Positions 37,982 to 47,942 of a stretch of DNA of 64,000 nucleotides are shown in pieces; position 1 is the stretch's first letter, and every line of letters starts with the position of its first letter. This stretch comes from an uncultured Eubacteriales bacterium. Lineage in GTDB: Bacteria > Bacillota > Clostridia > Christensenellales > Borkfalkiaceae. The translations under genes were made by a program, and so were the position numbers. The notes beneath the pieces were generated by a model. It did not search any database, was not told where the DNA came from, and saw nothing but the letters and a program-made list of their open reading frames with translations. The stretch lies in the NCBI GenBank assembly GCA_902486425.1, contig CABTOK010000009.1:42194-106193 (forward strand), in the 5' to 3' direction.

Positions 37982-39136
37982 TTATTTAAGTTCTTCGGCA
38001 AGAGCGTTGAGAGCGGTAACCGTTTCGTCGTTCATTGCCGAAAGAATTTTAACGTTGTTTTCGGCAAAAGTTATGTTTTTGCTGTTTTCGAACATAGACT
38101 TCATAACCTTCGTCGCGACGGGAGCCCACGAACCGTTTTCGATAAACGCAATCGTTCTCGACTGATAATTTCTTTCGGTAAGGTGTTCGATGAACGTTCT
38201 CATAAAGGGGAATATATCTCCGTTATAAGTGGTGGTTGCAAGGACGAGTTCAGAGTATCTGAAAGCGTCTTCGACCGCTTCCGCCATATCGCATCTCGCT
38301 AAGTCGAAAAGACTTACTTTTTGTCCCTTCGTTATAAGGAGAGCCGCAAGTTTTTCCGCCGCGGCTTTCGTATGACCGTAAACGGAAGTATAGGCTACGG
38401 TAACGCCTTCGTCTTCGGGCTTATATGAAGACCAGATGTCATAAAGGTTTATGTAGTAGCCTAAATTTTCGGTAAGAACGGGACCGTGAAGGGGGAGTAT
38501 CTTTTTTATGTCGAGATTAGCTGCTTTTTTGAGAAGAGCCTGCACCTGCACGCCGAACTTGCCGACGATGCCGATATAATATCTTCTCGCTTCGCACGCC
38601 CAGTCGCCTTCGGCGTCGCTTGCTCCGAACTTGCCGAAGCCGTCCGCAGAGAATAAAATTTTATCGTGAGAATCGTAAGTAACCATAACTTCGGGCCAGT
38701 GAACCATCGGCGCGGCGACAAAGGTGAGTTCGTGTTTGCCTAAGTTCAGAGTATCGCCTTCTTTTACGATAATTCTTCTGTCTTCGTATTCCTTTCCGAA
38801 GTAATTCTTCATCATCGTAAACGCCTGTCTGGACGAAACGATCGTAGCCTCGGGATATTCGGTCATAAAAGCCGCGATATTGGCGGAATGATCGGGTTCC
38901 ATATGCTGAACGACGAGATAGTCAGGTTTTCTTTCTTTTAACGCCGCAGATAAGTTTTTGAGCCATTCGGTTCCGAAGTTTGCGTCAACGGTGTCGAATA
39001 CCGCGGTCTTTTCGTCGGTGATCACGTAAGAATTGTAGCTCATTCCTTCGGGAACTACGTACTGACCTTCGAAAAGGTCTATTTTTTTGTCGTCTACGCC
39101 TATATATGTAACGTCTTTTGTGATTTGTTTGTTCAT
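37982..39136 (-). CDS. Flavodiiron protein (FprA-type O2/NO reductase; metallo-beta-lactamase plus flavodoxin domains)
   Basis: 384 aa. HMEPDHS di-iron motif in the N-terminal MBL domain. C-terminal flavodoxin-like domain (TTTYNGDIFPFMRTFIEHL). Confidence 0.75.
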   Translation of the reverse strand: MNKQITKDVTYIGVDDKKIDLFEGQYVVPEGMSYNSYVITDEKTAVFDTVDANFGTEWLKNLSAALKERKPDYLVVQHMEPDHSANIAAFMTEYPEATIVSSRQAFTMMKNYFGKEYEDRRIIVKEGDTLNLGKHELTFVAAPMVHWPEVMVTYDSHDKILFSADGFGKFGASDAEGDWACEARRYYIGIVGKFGVQVQALLKKAANLDIKKILPLHGPVLTENLGYYINLYDIWSSYKPEDEGVTVAYTSVYGHTKAAAEKLAALLITKGQKVSLFDLARCDMAEAVEDAFRYSELVLATTTYNGDIFPFMRTFIEHLTERNYQSRTIAFIENGSWAPVATKVMKSMFENSKNITFAENNVKILSAMNDETVTALNALAEELK

Positions 39137-39391
39137 AACGGTCCTTTTATCGAGAAGAAAATATCGTCCTTTCTCTCGGTTATTTTTATTTTCGATATAA
39201 TTTTAGTATATAAAAATAAAAAAATCAACCGCTTAAGGGGAGTTAAACCGAAAATTTGAAGGGATGAACACAAAGTTGATAAACAGCCGACTATAACGCT
39301 ATATAAAAATTTTTATAAATAGTTTGTCCCGGACTTAAAAGGTGGTATAATGGTATCGGGGTATCCCATATAAAAAAGAGGTATTTGCAAT

Positions 39392-39931
39392 ATGAAAAAA
39401 GTTCTTATAGTATCATCGAGTTTAAGGGCAGGAAGCAATTCTGAGATTTTAGCGAAAGAATGTCTTAAAGGCGCGCTTGACGCCGGGAATAAAGCGGAAC
39501 TTATTTCGCTCAAAAACAAAAACATAAAATTCTGCATAGGCTGTCTTTCGTGTCAGAAAACGGGCAAGTGCGTTATACAGGACGATGTCCCCGAGATTAT
39601 GGAAAAGGTTAAAAATGCGGACGTACTCGTATTCGCTACGCCGATATATTATTACGAGATAAGCGGTCAGTTAAAAACGCTTCTCGACAGGCTCAACCCT
39701 TTATATTCGTCAGACTATAAGTTCAGAGAAGTTTATATGATCGCAACGGCTGCCGAGGACGGCGACGCTACTTTCGATTACGCTTACGGCGGGCTTACAG
39801 GCTGGGTGGATTGCTTTATGAAGGCCAAGCTCAAAGGCATGGTTACCGGCGGAGGTCTCGAATACGCCAAAGAAGCGATTGCCGATAAAACTGCGCTTAA
39901 GCAGGCTTACGAACTTGGCAAAAACTTATAA
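39392..39931 (+). CDS. NADPH-dependent FMN reductase family flavoprotein (iron-sulfur flavoprotein-like)
   Basis: 179 aa with MKKVLIVSSSLRAGSNS, CIGCLSCQKTGKC and LVFATPIYYYEISGQLKTLLDR. Confidence 0.65.
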   Translation: MKKVLIVSSSLRAGSNSEILAKECLKGALDAGNKAELISLKNKNIKFCIGCLSCQKTGKCVIQDDVPEIMEKVKNADVLVFATPIYYYEISGQLKTLLDRLNPLYSSDYKFREVYMIATAAEDGDATFDYAYGGLTGWVDCFMKAKLKGMVTGGGLEYAKEAIADKTALKQAYELGKNL

Positions 39932-39978
39932 TTCAGAAATTAAGAGTTCTGTAAAATTTTACAAAATAAGGCTTTTTT

Positions 39979-40962
39979 ATGTGGATAGTTTTTGCATGCC
40001 TGTCGGCGGTATTTGCGGGGCTTACGGCGATATTGTGTAAATGCGGAATAAAAAAGACCGATTCGGACGTGGCGACTGCTTTACGAACGATAGTCGTTCT
40101 TATTTTTGCCTGGATAATGACCTTTGTGGTCGGATCGTATAAAGATATATCAAACGTTTCTGCCAAGTCGTTTTTGTTTTTGATTTTGTCGGGACTTGCG
40201 ACCGGCGCGTCCTGGATATGTTACTTCAAGGCGCTCTCTATGGCGGATATAAATAAAGTCGTACCCATAGACAAGTCGAGTACGGTAATAACGGTTCTCT
40301 TCGCAATAATGATTTTCCACGAGACGAACAATCTATGGATTAAGCTTGCAGGTACTATACTTATCGGCGCGGGGGTAATGCTCACCGTTGAAAAGAAGGA
40401 TATAAAGTCCGTTCCCGTTACGGTAACTGCGTCAGTAACTGCCGATAGCGGTAGCATTCCGACGGAAACGGTATTGCCGGAAGCAACCGAAAAAGGGGAT
40501 CTACAGCCGGCTCCCGCAAAGGTAAAAGCAAAACATAGCGTCGGATGGATTGTTTTTGCGGTGCTTTCGGCGGTGTTTGCGGCGGCGACAGCTATTTTAG
40601 CTAAAATCGGGATCGAAAACGTAGAATCCAACCTTGCGACGGCTATACGGACAACGGTCGTGCTTGTCGCGGCGTGGTTTCTCGTAATAGCGAAAAAGAA
40701 AACGCATATGATAAAAGAAACAGACAAAAAAGAGCTTTTGTTTATCTCGCTTTCGGGCATATCGACGGGGGCTTCGTGGCTTTGCTATTATTACGCAATC
40801 GCAAATGGCGTCGTAAGCGTAGTAGTTCCGATAGATAAGCTTAGCGTACTTCTGACTGTGGCGTTTTCGTGCATTTTCTTAAAAGAAAAACTTAAATTAA
40901 AGTCTGCCGTTGGCCTTATAATAATGACCGCCGGCACTCTTTTAATGGCAATATTCGCTTAA
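39979..40962 (+). CDS. DMT superfamily transporter with two EamA-like halves joined by a long hydrophilic linker
   Basis: Internal duplication: MWIVFACLSAVFAGLTAILCKCGIKK repeats as VGWIVFAVLSAVFAAATAILAKIGIEN. Each half is a 4-TM unit. The roughly 45-aa linker is PVTVTASVTADSGSIPTETVLPEATEKGDLQPAPAKVKAK. Confidence 0.65.
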   Translation: MWIVFACLSAVFAGLTAILCKCGIKKTDSDVATALRTIVVLIFAWIMTFVVGSYKDISNVSAKSFLFLILSGLATGASWICYFKALSMADINKVVPIDKSSTVITVLFAIMIFHETNNLWIKLAGTILIGAGVMLTVEKKDIKSVPVTVTASVTADSGSIPTETVLPEATEKGDLQPAPAKVKAKHSVGWIVFAVLSAVFAAATAILAKIGIENVESNLATAIRTTVVLVAAWFLVIAKKKTHMIKETDKKELLFISLSGISTGASWLCYYYAIANGVVSVVVPIDKLSVLLTVAFSCIFLKEKLKLKSAVGLIIMTAGTLLMAIFA

Positions 40963-41014
40963 AATCAATGTATAAAATAATGCTAAAATAAACAGCGGCG
41001 GCAAAACTCCGTCG

Positions 41015-41254
41015 CTATTTTTTTGCATTTTTTTTGTATATCGTGGGTGCAACTCCGTAAAACTTTTTAAAACTGTTGCTGAAATGATATTCGTCCGAAA
41101 ATCCGCATATATCCGAGATTTCTTTGATGCTTTTTTCACCGGATAAAATGAGCTCCTTCGATAACTGGAGCCTTATTCTTAACAGAGTAAAAAGGGGAGC
41201 TTCGCCGGTAGCTTTACGGAATTTGTATATAAGTCCGTTGTGCGAAAAAGACGG
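41015..41254 (-). pseudogene. AraC-family transcriptional regulator, C-terminal HTH fragment only
   Basis: The minus-strand frame encodes ...YKFRKATGEAPLFTLLRIRLQLSKELILSGEKSIKEISDICGFSDEYHFSNSFKKFYGVAPTIYKKNAKK*. There is no start codon. An in-frame stop lies at 41255-41257, and the sense ORF of a different gene sits immediately upstream. Confidence 0.55.
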
Positions 41255-41599
41255 CTATGAAGTAAGACAATGTTCTGTTTGCGGCAAAATTGAAACTAAT
41301 AGTATTAGCAGAACCGGACATAAATTCACTGCGTGGCGAAAAGATGGCAACGACTATGTTCGTGACTGTTCCTTATATGCCACGACGGTGAGTATGAAGA
41401 AACCATTGACGGAATAATATACGATTTTCCTACTATTTTCGGTTATTATGCCACTGAACGCGAAGCGAATGAAGTAGCCGAATATAAAAAGAAGTATTCG
41501 CGAGTGGGAAAGAAACATCCGGAAAATATCTCTGTCGATGCAGATCCGGTTGATACCTATAACGATTGGAGTAAAGGATTTGTTCCTTTTGACGAGTAA
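41225..41599 (+). pseudogene. Frameshifted fragment encoding a Cys module paralogous to the giant lipoprotein repeats, followed by an unrelated C-terminal tail
   Basis: Frame 1 encodes CEKDGYEVRQCSVCGKIETNSISRTGHKF, which matches the C-E-K-x-G-Y-...-C-x2-C-...-GH signature of the 23808-31190 protein, and stops at 41415-41417. The +1 frame continues from 41366 to 41599 as ...DGEYEETIDGIIYDFPTIFGYYATEREANEVAEYKKKYSRVGKKHPENISVDADPVDTYNDWSKGFVPFDE*. Confidence 0.4.
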
Positions 41600-41910
41600 A
41601 TAATTTTTATCCACAAAAAATACGAACTCTGTTTTCTAATGGGGTTCGTATTTTTTTAATATTTACTTGACAGCTTGTTGTTTTTGTTGTAAAAAATAAT
41701 TAAGAACCATAAAAGGCAAAAGTATACTTTAAAAAATAATCAGATACGGAGGTCATTAAAAATAAAATAAAGAATTATGATTAAATATTTTTTCGATTTA
41801 GATTACTATAAAGACAGCTTACTATAAAGACAGCGGTGACCTTTTTTGTTTAGGTACATTTTCTTGCTTAAAGAACGCAAGAAAAAAACAAAAACAAGTT
41901 GAAAATTAAC

Positions 41911-42488
41911 CCGGCTTCAGGGATAATCCCAACAATTTTAAAATTACAAGATGCGGGGTAAAATTTGACGATAATGCCGTTGTAAAAAAGTCGGAAGCTA
42001 AATTATACTGCGTTTGGTTAGATAATGCGACTTATAACGAGAATACCGGCAAAGAAGAGGTGCAAACGGCAAAGTTTACCTATAACAGCGGTACGATGAT
42101 ATGGGCGGGCGTTTTGTTGTATGAACTTACAAACGAACAGAAATATCTTTCCGAAGCAAAACAAACAGCCGAAGGCGCATACGGATATTTTTGTTCACGC
42201 ACGCCGAAAGGCATAGAGTATTATCCGTCCACTTCCTGGTTTAACCTTTATCTGCTTCAAGGTTATTACGCATTGTATAAAGTCGACGGCAACGACGCCT
42301 ATATGGAATCTTTTAAAGCCAACCTCGACCTCGCCTGGCAAAAAGGGCGCGACGAAAACGGCTGCGTTATGCCTAACTGGGGTGCCGGCGCCGTCCTTGA
42401 CGAATATAAGTACGTATCGCTTTTACAGGAAACCGCAACTGCCGAATGTTATGCCATTATAGGCGATTATCAATTAAAAAAATCATGA
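41911..42488 (+). pseudogene. 5-prime-truncated glycoside hydrolase with (alpha/alpha)6 features, GH76-like
   Basis: The reading frame is open from 41911 with no start codon until a Met at 42060. The encoded 190 aa (...YNSGTMIWAGVLLYELTNEQKYLSEAKQTAEGAYGYF...NWGAGAVLDEYKYVSLLQETATAECYAII) look like the C-terminal half of a glycosidase. The stop overlaps the GH125 start. Confidence 0.4.
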
Positions 42489-43765
42489 AATATCAACAAA
42501 CATATAAGTGGCTTGAAGAAAAATGCAATTTTATTGTTGACGAAAAACTGCGCAAACTGTTTAAAAACTGCTTTTTAAGCACGCTTACCACTACGGTGAA
42601 AGAAGAGAGCGACGGAAGCGTATACGTTTTTACGGGAGATATTCCGGCTATGTGGCTGCGCGATTCGTCTTCGCAAATAAATCCGTATGTAAGGCTTTGC
42701 AAAATCGATCCGGATATGGCAAAAACCGTTAAGGGCGTTATAAAAAGACAGTTTTTCTATATCGGCATAGATCCTTATGCAAACGCTTTCAACGAAGCCC
42801 CCAACGGTAACGGGCATAAAGATATTACTTTGCGGAACGATTGGGTGTGGGAGCGCAAATTCGAAATAGACAGTTTGTGTTACCCGGTTTGGCTTACCGA
42901 AAAATATTTTGAACAGACGGGCGACCGCGGTATATTCGACGAGTCGTTCGTGAAAACGATTAAAATAATTTTAGACGTATTTGAAACCGAACAAAATCAC
43001 GACTTGAAATCCGGGTATTATTTTTTACGCGAGGGAATGTATTCCGGCGATACGCTCGACAGAGACGGTAAGGGCTGTAAATGTAAAGTGAACGGGCTGG
43101 TATGGTCGGCTTTTCGCCCCAGCGACGATAAATGCAAATACGGTTATCTTATACCGTCGAATATGTTTATCGTGGTAATAACGAATTTTTTAATCAACGT
43201 TTTCGAAAAAATAATTCCCGATTCGGGGTTGCTCGAAAGATGCAGGGCGTTAAGGGATTCGGTTAAACGCGGGCTTGACGAATGCGCTGTTTTCACCGAC
43301 GAAAACGGCGTGCGTCGATACGCTTACGAAACCGACGGCTTCGGAAACGCATATTTTGTGGACGACGCGAATATGCCGTCGCTGTTGTCGTTGCCTTATC
43401 TCGGTTATTGCGATGCCGATTCGCCGATATATAAAGACACAAGAAACTTCTTGTTGTCGGAATCGAACAGATATTTTTACGCAGGGAAGTATGCTCGCGG
43501 AATAGGTTCTCCGCACACGCCTGAAAACTATATCTGGCATCTGGGGCTTATTATTCAGGGGCTGACGTCTTCTGACGACGACGAAAAGATCGAAGTTTTA
43601 AAAATGCTGAAAGATACGCACGGCGGTACGTTTTATATGCACGAGGGGTTTGATAAAGACGATCCTTCGAAATATACGCGAGAGTGGTTCGGTTGGGCCA
43701 ATTCGTTATTCGCGGAATTTTTTATGGATAATTTCGATTTATTTAAAAACATTGTGTTCGATTGA
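42485..43765 (+). CDS. Glycoside hydrolase family 125 exo-alpha-1,6-mannosidase
   Basis: TGDIPAMWLRDSSSQ is the signature motif of GH125 (formerly DUF1237). About 426 aa. Start taken at MKYQQTYKW (42485); an upstream in-frame ATG at 42446 is also possible. Confidence 0.75.
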   Translation: MKYQQTYKWLEEKCNFIVDEKLRKLFKNCFLSTLTTTVKEESDGSVYVFTGDIPAMWLRDSSSQINPYVRLCKIDPDMAKTVKGVIKRQFFYIGIDPYANAFNEAPNGNGHKDITLRNDWVWERKFEIDSLCYPVWLTEKYFEQTGDRGIFDESFVKTIKIILDVFETEQNHDLKSGYYFLREGMYSGDTLDRDGKGCKCKVNGLVWSAFRPSDDKCKYGYLIPSNMFIVVITNFLINVFEKIIPDSGLLERCRALRDSVKRGLDECAVFTDENGVRRYAYETDGFGNAYFVDDANMPSLLSLPYLGYCDADSPIYKDTRNFLLSESNRYFYAGKYARGIGSPHTPENYIWHLGLIIQGLTSSDDDEKIEVLKMLKDTHGGTFYMHEGFDKDDPSKYTREWFGWANSLFAEFFMDNFDLFKNIVFD

Positions 43766-43802
43766 CAAAATTAAATTTGCAGTATGTTGCCGATTTGTTT
43801 AA

Positions 43803-43828
43803 AGCACCCGCGTTTGCGGGTGCTTTTT
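43803..43828 (+). terminator. Rho-independent terminator after the GH125 gene
   Basis: GCACCCGC-GTTT-GCGGGTGC-TTTTT. Confidence 0.8.
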
Positions 43829-44103
43829 GCCACAGGATTCCGGATGTGGAATTTTTGCCCGAAAAAATCGAAAACGGAAGAAGCTTCAGACTATTCTCGA
43901 TAGACTTTGAATAATAAAATCGAAAAATTCGGATAAAACCGCTTATCACGGTATAAAAGCCTTAAAAATTGTCAATCAACTATATGAAGGTAAATTTAAA
44001 GCGTTGCCGTTTATTAAAGCAAAGCGGATTAACGTTTTACGGGCTTTTTACATAAAATAACATAGGTCGATAAAAGCCTTAAATACTTTCAAAGGAAAAA
44101 GCG

Positions 44104-44460
44104 ATGATAAGACGCGGTGAACTATACTATGCGGATTTAAGTCCTGTCGTCGGCAGCGAACAAGGCGGAATAAGACCTGTTCTCGTTGTGCAGAACGATA
44201 TAGGCAATAAATACAGTCCCACCGTGATTGCGGCGGCGATTACAAGCAAAATGACTAAGGCAAAGCTCCCTACGCATATCGAATTATCCGATAAAAGTTA
44301 CGGGCTTTTAAAAGATTCGGTGGTGCTTCTGGAGCAGATACGAACTCTCGATAAGCGAAGATTAAAAGAGCGTATAGGCGAACTTTCACCCTATACTATG
44401 AAGCGCGTCGATACCGCTCTCGCGATAAGCTTAGGGGTGAACAAGGCGGAAAATCTTTAA
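44104..44460 (+). CDS. mazF: MazF/PemK-family endoribonuclease toxin (EndoA/NdoA-like)
   Basis: 118 aa. [48 protein letters not shown]...LPTHIEL is a near-canonical EndoA sequence. No small antitoxin ORF lies within 270 bp upstream or 190 bp downstream. Confidence 0.85.
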   Translation: MIRRGELYYADLSPVVGSEQGGIRPVLVVQNDIGNKYSPTVIAAAITSKMTKAKLPTHIELSDKSYGLLKDSVVLLEQIRTLDKRRLKERIGELSPYTMKRVDTALAISLGVNKAENL

Positions 44461-44540
44461 CGCTATTTGCATTGTGAACTAAAACAGACAGATAAACTTA
44501 AACAACCAAATAAATATGAGCAAAAAAGAATAAAAAAATA

Positions 44541-44566
44541 AAAGCCCGGCGAAACCGGGCTTTTAT
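44541..44566. terminator. Bidirectional terminator between mazF and the convergent MFS gene
   Basis: AAAGCCCGGCGAAACCGGGCTTTT flanked by A-runs and T-runs. Confidence 0.75.
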
Positions 44567-44649
44567 TATGCTGTTTAATTATAAATAGGTAGTTATTACA
44601 AAATTAGGTAATTATAATAAAATCGAGTTTTGATAAACCGACCGATTTA

Positions 44650-45930
44650 TCAGTCGTCGGTGACAGCAAGCATTTCGAGCTTATCTTTGGGGGCTTCGGG
44701 TTTAGAATCGCCGTGCTTTACAAAGAGCATCGTGATAAACGAACCTATAACGAAAATCGCAGCGTAGGGGAACAGGGGATACATGTTTCCCGCAAGATCC
44801 ATAACTGCGCCCGATAAAATCGGAGTGGCTATCTGCGCCGCCATGCTCGCCGTGTAATAAAAGCCTGTGTATTTGCCGATGTCAGAGTTCTTGGAAAGTT
44901 CTACAACCATCGGGAAGGAGTTTACGTTAATCGTTGCCCAGCCTATGCCCGCAACCGCAAAGAGTATGTACATAACGAAGGTCGGGGAGCCGCTTCTTAT
45001 AAACGACGCCGATAAAAACGCTGTCGCAAGGAGAGCTACGCCCGCTAAAATGGTCTTCTTTCTGCCTATTTTGGAAGCTATCATTCCGACCGGAATGTAA
45101 GTGATTATAGCCGCTCCCTGAGCAATCATAAGGGTTAAGTCGTAGCTTTGATTAAGCACGTCTTTTGCGTAGACCGAATATTTCGAAGTAACAGCGTTGT
45201 AACCCATATACCATAATGCTACCGAAGCGAGTATGAGGATAAGAGACGAAAGCTGGCTTTTCGTGAGTTTGCCGCCGATTTCTTCACGCTCTTCGGTTTC
45301 TTTGTCGGGGAAGTACTTTTCGGTGTCGATACGCATATCTTCAGCCCACTTCTTTTCTTTTACGGTTAAGACGAAGATTATAAGAGCTGCCAGCATAAGG
45401 GCGCACGTTGCGAGAATATACGGGAAGAAGTTGAGTTCTTCGGTCTGCTTTTTGAAGATCATACCGAATACGAGTACTATAATACCGCCGGCGGTACCCA
45501 TAAGGTTGATAACGGCGTTGCCTTTACTGCGGTGCGGTTTACACGTTACGTCCGGCATAAGAGCGACCGCTGGCGAGCGGAAAGTCGCCATCGCTATAAG
45601 CGTTATCAGAAGGACTATCATAAAGAGACATATACTGTTTATGAGCGGGATAAAGATGAACGAAATTATCGCTACTATCGTTCCGCATACGATAAACGGC
45701 GTACGTCTGCCGAATTTGGTGTTCGTTTTATCCGAAAGCGATCCGAAAAGGGGAAGCATGAACAAAGCGAGTATGTTGTCGAGCGCCATTATAAATCCCG
45801 AAAGCGTATGGTTCATGCCGAATTTGTCTACGAGAATAAGCGGAATCGTTTTGTCGTACGCCTGCCAGAACGCCATTATCAGAAAGAAAGCGAATCCGAC
45901 GAGTATGGTCCTTTTGTAGTTAAGTTTCAT
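44650..45930 (-). CDS. MFS transporter, glycoside-pentoside-hexuronide (GPH):cation symporter-like
   Basis: 426 aa with 12 TM. The GRRTPFI motif after TM2 is typical of the GPH/MelB family. It is adjacent to the mannosidase genes. Confidence 0.65.
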   Translation of the reverse strand: MKLNYKRTILVGFAFFLIMAFWQAYDKTIPLILVDKFGMNHTLSGFIMALDNILALFMLPLFGSLSDKTNTKFGRRTPFIVCGTIVAIISFIFIPLINSICLFMIVLLITLIAMATFRSPAVALMPDVTCKPHRSKGNAVINLMGTAGGIIVLVFGMIFKKQTEELNFFPYILATCALMLAALIIFVLTVKEKKWAEDMRIDTEKYFPDKETEEREEIGGKLTKSQLSSLILILASVALWYMGYNAVTSKYSVYAKDVLNQSYDLTLMIAQGAAIITYIPVGMIASKIGRKKTILAGVALLATAFLSASFIRSGSPTFVMYILFAVAGIGWATINVNSFPMVVELSKNSDIGKYTGFYYTASMAAQIATPILSGAVMDLAGNMYPLFPYAAIFVIGSFITMLFVKHGDSKPEAPKDKLEMLAVTDD

Positions 45931-46131
45931 AAAGTCTCCTTACGGCGTTTTCGTTTTTGTCCCGAAAGACTTATTTTTATATCCGCCGCCTAAACTATTT
46001 TAGCACAGAAAACCTTTATTGTCCATACCGCTTTGAAAAATTGTTTCAGAAAAATGTAATAAATTTGTAAAAATTAGTTATAAACGGCTTTTAATTTACT
46101 TCGATACAGGCGTTATACAATAATATCGTTA

Positions 46132-47469
46132 TTAAATCGCCGTTATTGTGTTTTTTATAGCCGCCCGAAGATGCCTGTCTAGATCGCCCGCGCCGAGAAC
46201 CAGAACGTTATCGTAACCCTTAAAAGATTTTATCAGGTCTTCCACGTCGTCGTAGTAGGCTGAGTCGGTTTTTTCGAGCGAAATAAAAAGATCTTTTGCC
46301 GAGCCTATGTATTTTACGTCTTCGCGCGCGGCGTAAGTTCTGAACAGGACGAGCTTTTTAATCGGCTTCAGAACACGTATAAAATCAGACTTTAATGCAG
46401 CCGTACGGGAATACGTGTGCGGCTGAAACACTACCAAAGTTTTTCCTTTTTTGAGAGATAAAAAGGCTTTCGAAGTTTTTTCGATCTCGTCCGGATGGTG
46501 GGCGTAGTCGGAGTATACGGCGGCTCCGTTTATAGTTCCTATTTTTTCGGCGCGGCGCATCACTCCGCGGAATTTTTCGAGTGCGGAGACAGAACATTCG
46601 ACGGGCACGCCCGTTATATATGCGGCGGCTATCGCAGCGAGCGCATTGTAGACGTGATGTTTACCGAGAACGGGAACGAATGCTTTATATTTTTTATTTT
46701 TATGTAAAACGGTAAATTTCAAGCCGTTTTCGGTGGCTTTTATATTTTTTGCGATAAAATCCGCATTGTTTTTTATTCCGAAAGTGAGATAAGCCGGTAT
46801 GCTTTCCGATCCCGGATCGTCCGCGTTTTTAACCGTTATCGAGTTCTTCGAAAACGTTCTGAAAGCTTTTATTACTTCGGTCAGATTTTTGTAAGTGTCC
46901 ACATGGTCGTAGCAAACGTTAAGTATAACCGCTACGGTAGGCTTTACGTCATAAAAATTGCGGTTGTATTCGCACGTTTCGGCGACACAGGTGTTGTAAA
47001 GTCTGTCCGAATAGTAGTCTGAATACTCTATAGTATCGCCGCCGACGAAAACGGTTGCGGAAGAAAATCTTTTCAGAATAGTTCCGAGCATCGCCGTGGC
47101 TGTAGTCTTGCCGTGAGTGCCCGATATCGAAATGCTCTTATTAAAAAGGGTAAACACGTAACCTAAAAGTTCGCTCCGCTTGATAATCGGCACTCCGTTT
47201 TTTACGGCGTACTTCATTTCGGGGTTATCGCCTTTAATAGACGACGAAACGACGAGCGCATCGAAATTTTTAAGGCGTTTTCCGTCGTGCGTATCGTAAA
47301 CTTTTATACCGTACTCTTTTAGTTCCGGAAAAAATTCCGTATTGAGATCGGCTCCCGCAACGGTATATCCGGTTGCGCTAAAAAATTTCGCGAGCGGTTT
47401 CATTCCCGTTCCCGCAATTCCCGAAAAGTAAAACGACCTGAATTTTTTTATTTCTTCGAAATTTATCAT
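46132..47469 (-). CDS. murC: Mur ligase family protein, UDP-N-acetylmuramate--L-alanine ligase-like
   Basis: 445 aa with an N-terminal Rossmann motif (FSGIAGTGMKPLAKFF) and the Mur ligase P-loop ISGTHGKTTATAMLGTIL. Confidence 0.6.
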   Translation of the reverse strand: MINFEEIKKFRSFYFSGIAGTGMKPLAKFFSATGYTVAGADLNTEFFPELKEYGIKVYDTHDGKRLKNFDALVVSSSIKGDNPEMKYAVKNGVPIIKRSELLGYVFTLFNKSISISGTHGKTTATAMLGTILKRFSSATVFVGGDTIEYSDYYSDRLYNTCVAETCEYNRNFYDVKPTVAVILNVCYDHVDTYKNLTEVIKAFRTFSKNSITVKNADDPGSESIPAYLTFGIKNNADFIAKNIKATENGLKFTVLHKNKKYKAFVPVLGKHHVYNALAAIAAAYITGVPVECSVSALEKFRGVMRRAEKIGTINGAAVYSDYAHHPDEIEKTSKAFLSLKKGKTLVVFQPHTYSRTAALKSDFIRVLKPIKKLVLFRTYAAREDVKYIGSAKDLFISLEKTDSAYYDDVEDLIKSFKGYDNVLVLGAGDLDRHLRAAIKNTITAI

Positions 47470-47672
47470 GCTATATTATATGATTATCGTTTATAAATGG
47501 TAACGGCGGCGGACCGTATTAAAACCGACGGAATTATCCGATAAAAGCTTATAAAAAGCAGGCAAAAACGAAATAAAACAAAAAACGTAAAAAAATTTTT
47601 AAAAACCTATTGAAATTGTCTTAAAAGTATGATAAAATAGCCGTAGTATATGAAAGGCAGGTATATTAATAC

Positions 47673-47942
47673 ATGAAAATTACAGACGTAAGAGTACGTA
47701 TCGTTAAAAAAGACGACAGCAAACTTAAAGCGGTAGCGTCGATAACCATCGACGATTGCTTTGTAGTTCACGATATCAAGGTTATTGAAGGAAGCGAAGG
47801 CTATTTTGTAGCTATGCCGTCCAGAAAGTCCAGCGAAGGCGAACATAAGGACATCGCTCATCCAATAAATACCGAAACGAGAGAAATGATCATTAAAATG
47901 ATTCTGGACGCGTTTAACGAAGAACTTAAAAAAGGGGAGTAA
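47673..47942 (+). CDS. spoVG: Septation/sporulation regulator SpoVG
   Basis: 89 aa. [52 protein letters not shown] is highly conserved SpoVG sequence. Confidence 0.9.
   Translation: MKITDVRVRIVKKDDSKLKAVASITIDDCFVVHDIKVIEGSEGYFVAMPSRKSSEGEHKDIAHPINTETREMIIKMILDAFNEELKKGE

Noticed and set aside
41609-41617. Perfect DnaA box TTATCCACA as a replication origin
   Set aside because: It is a single isolated box with no cluster, no dnaA or dnaN nearby and no AT-rich DUE adjacent. It is likely fortuitous.
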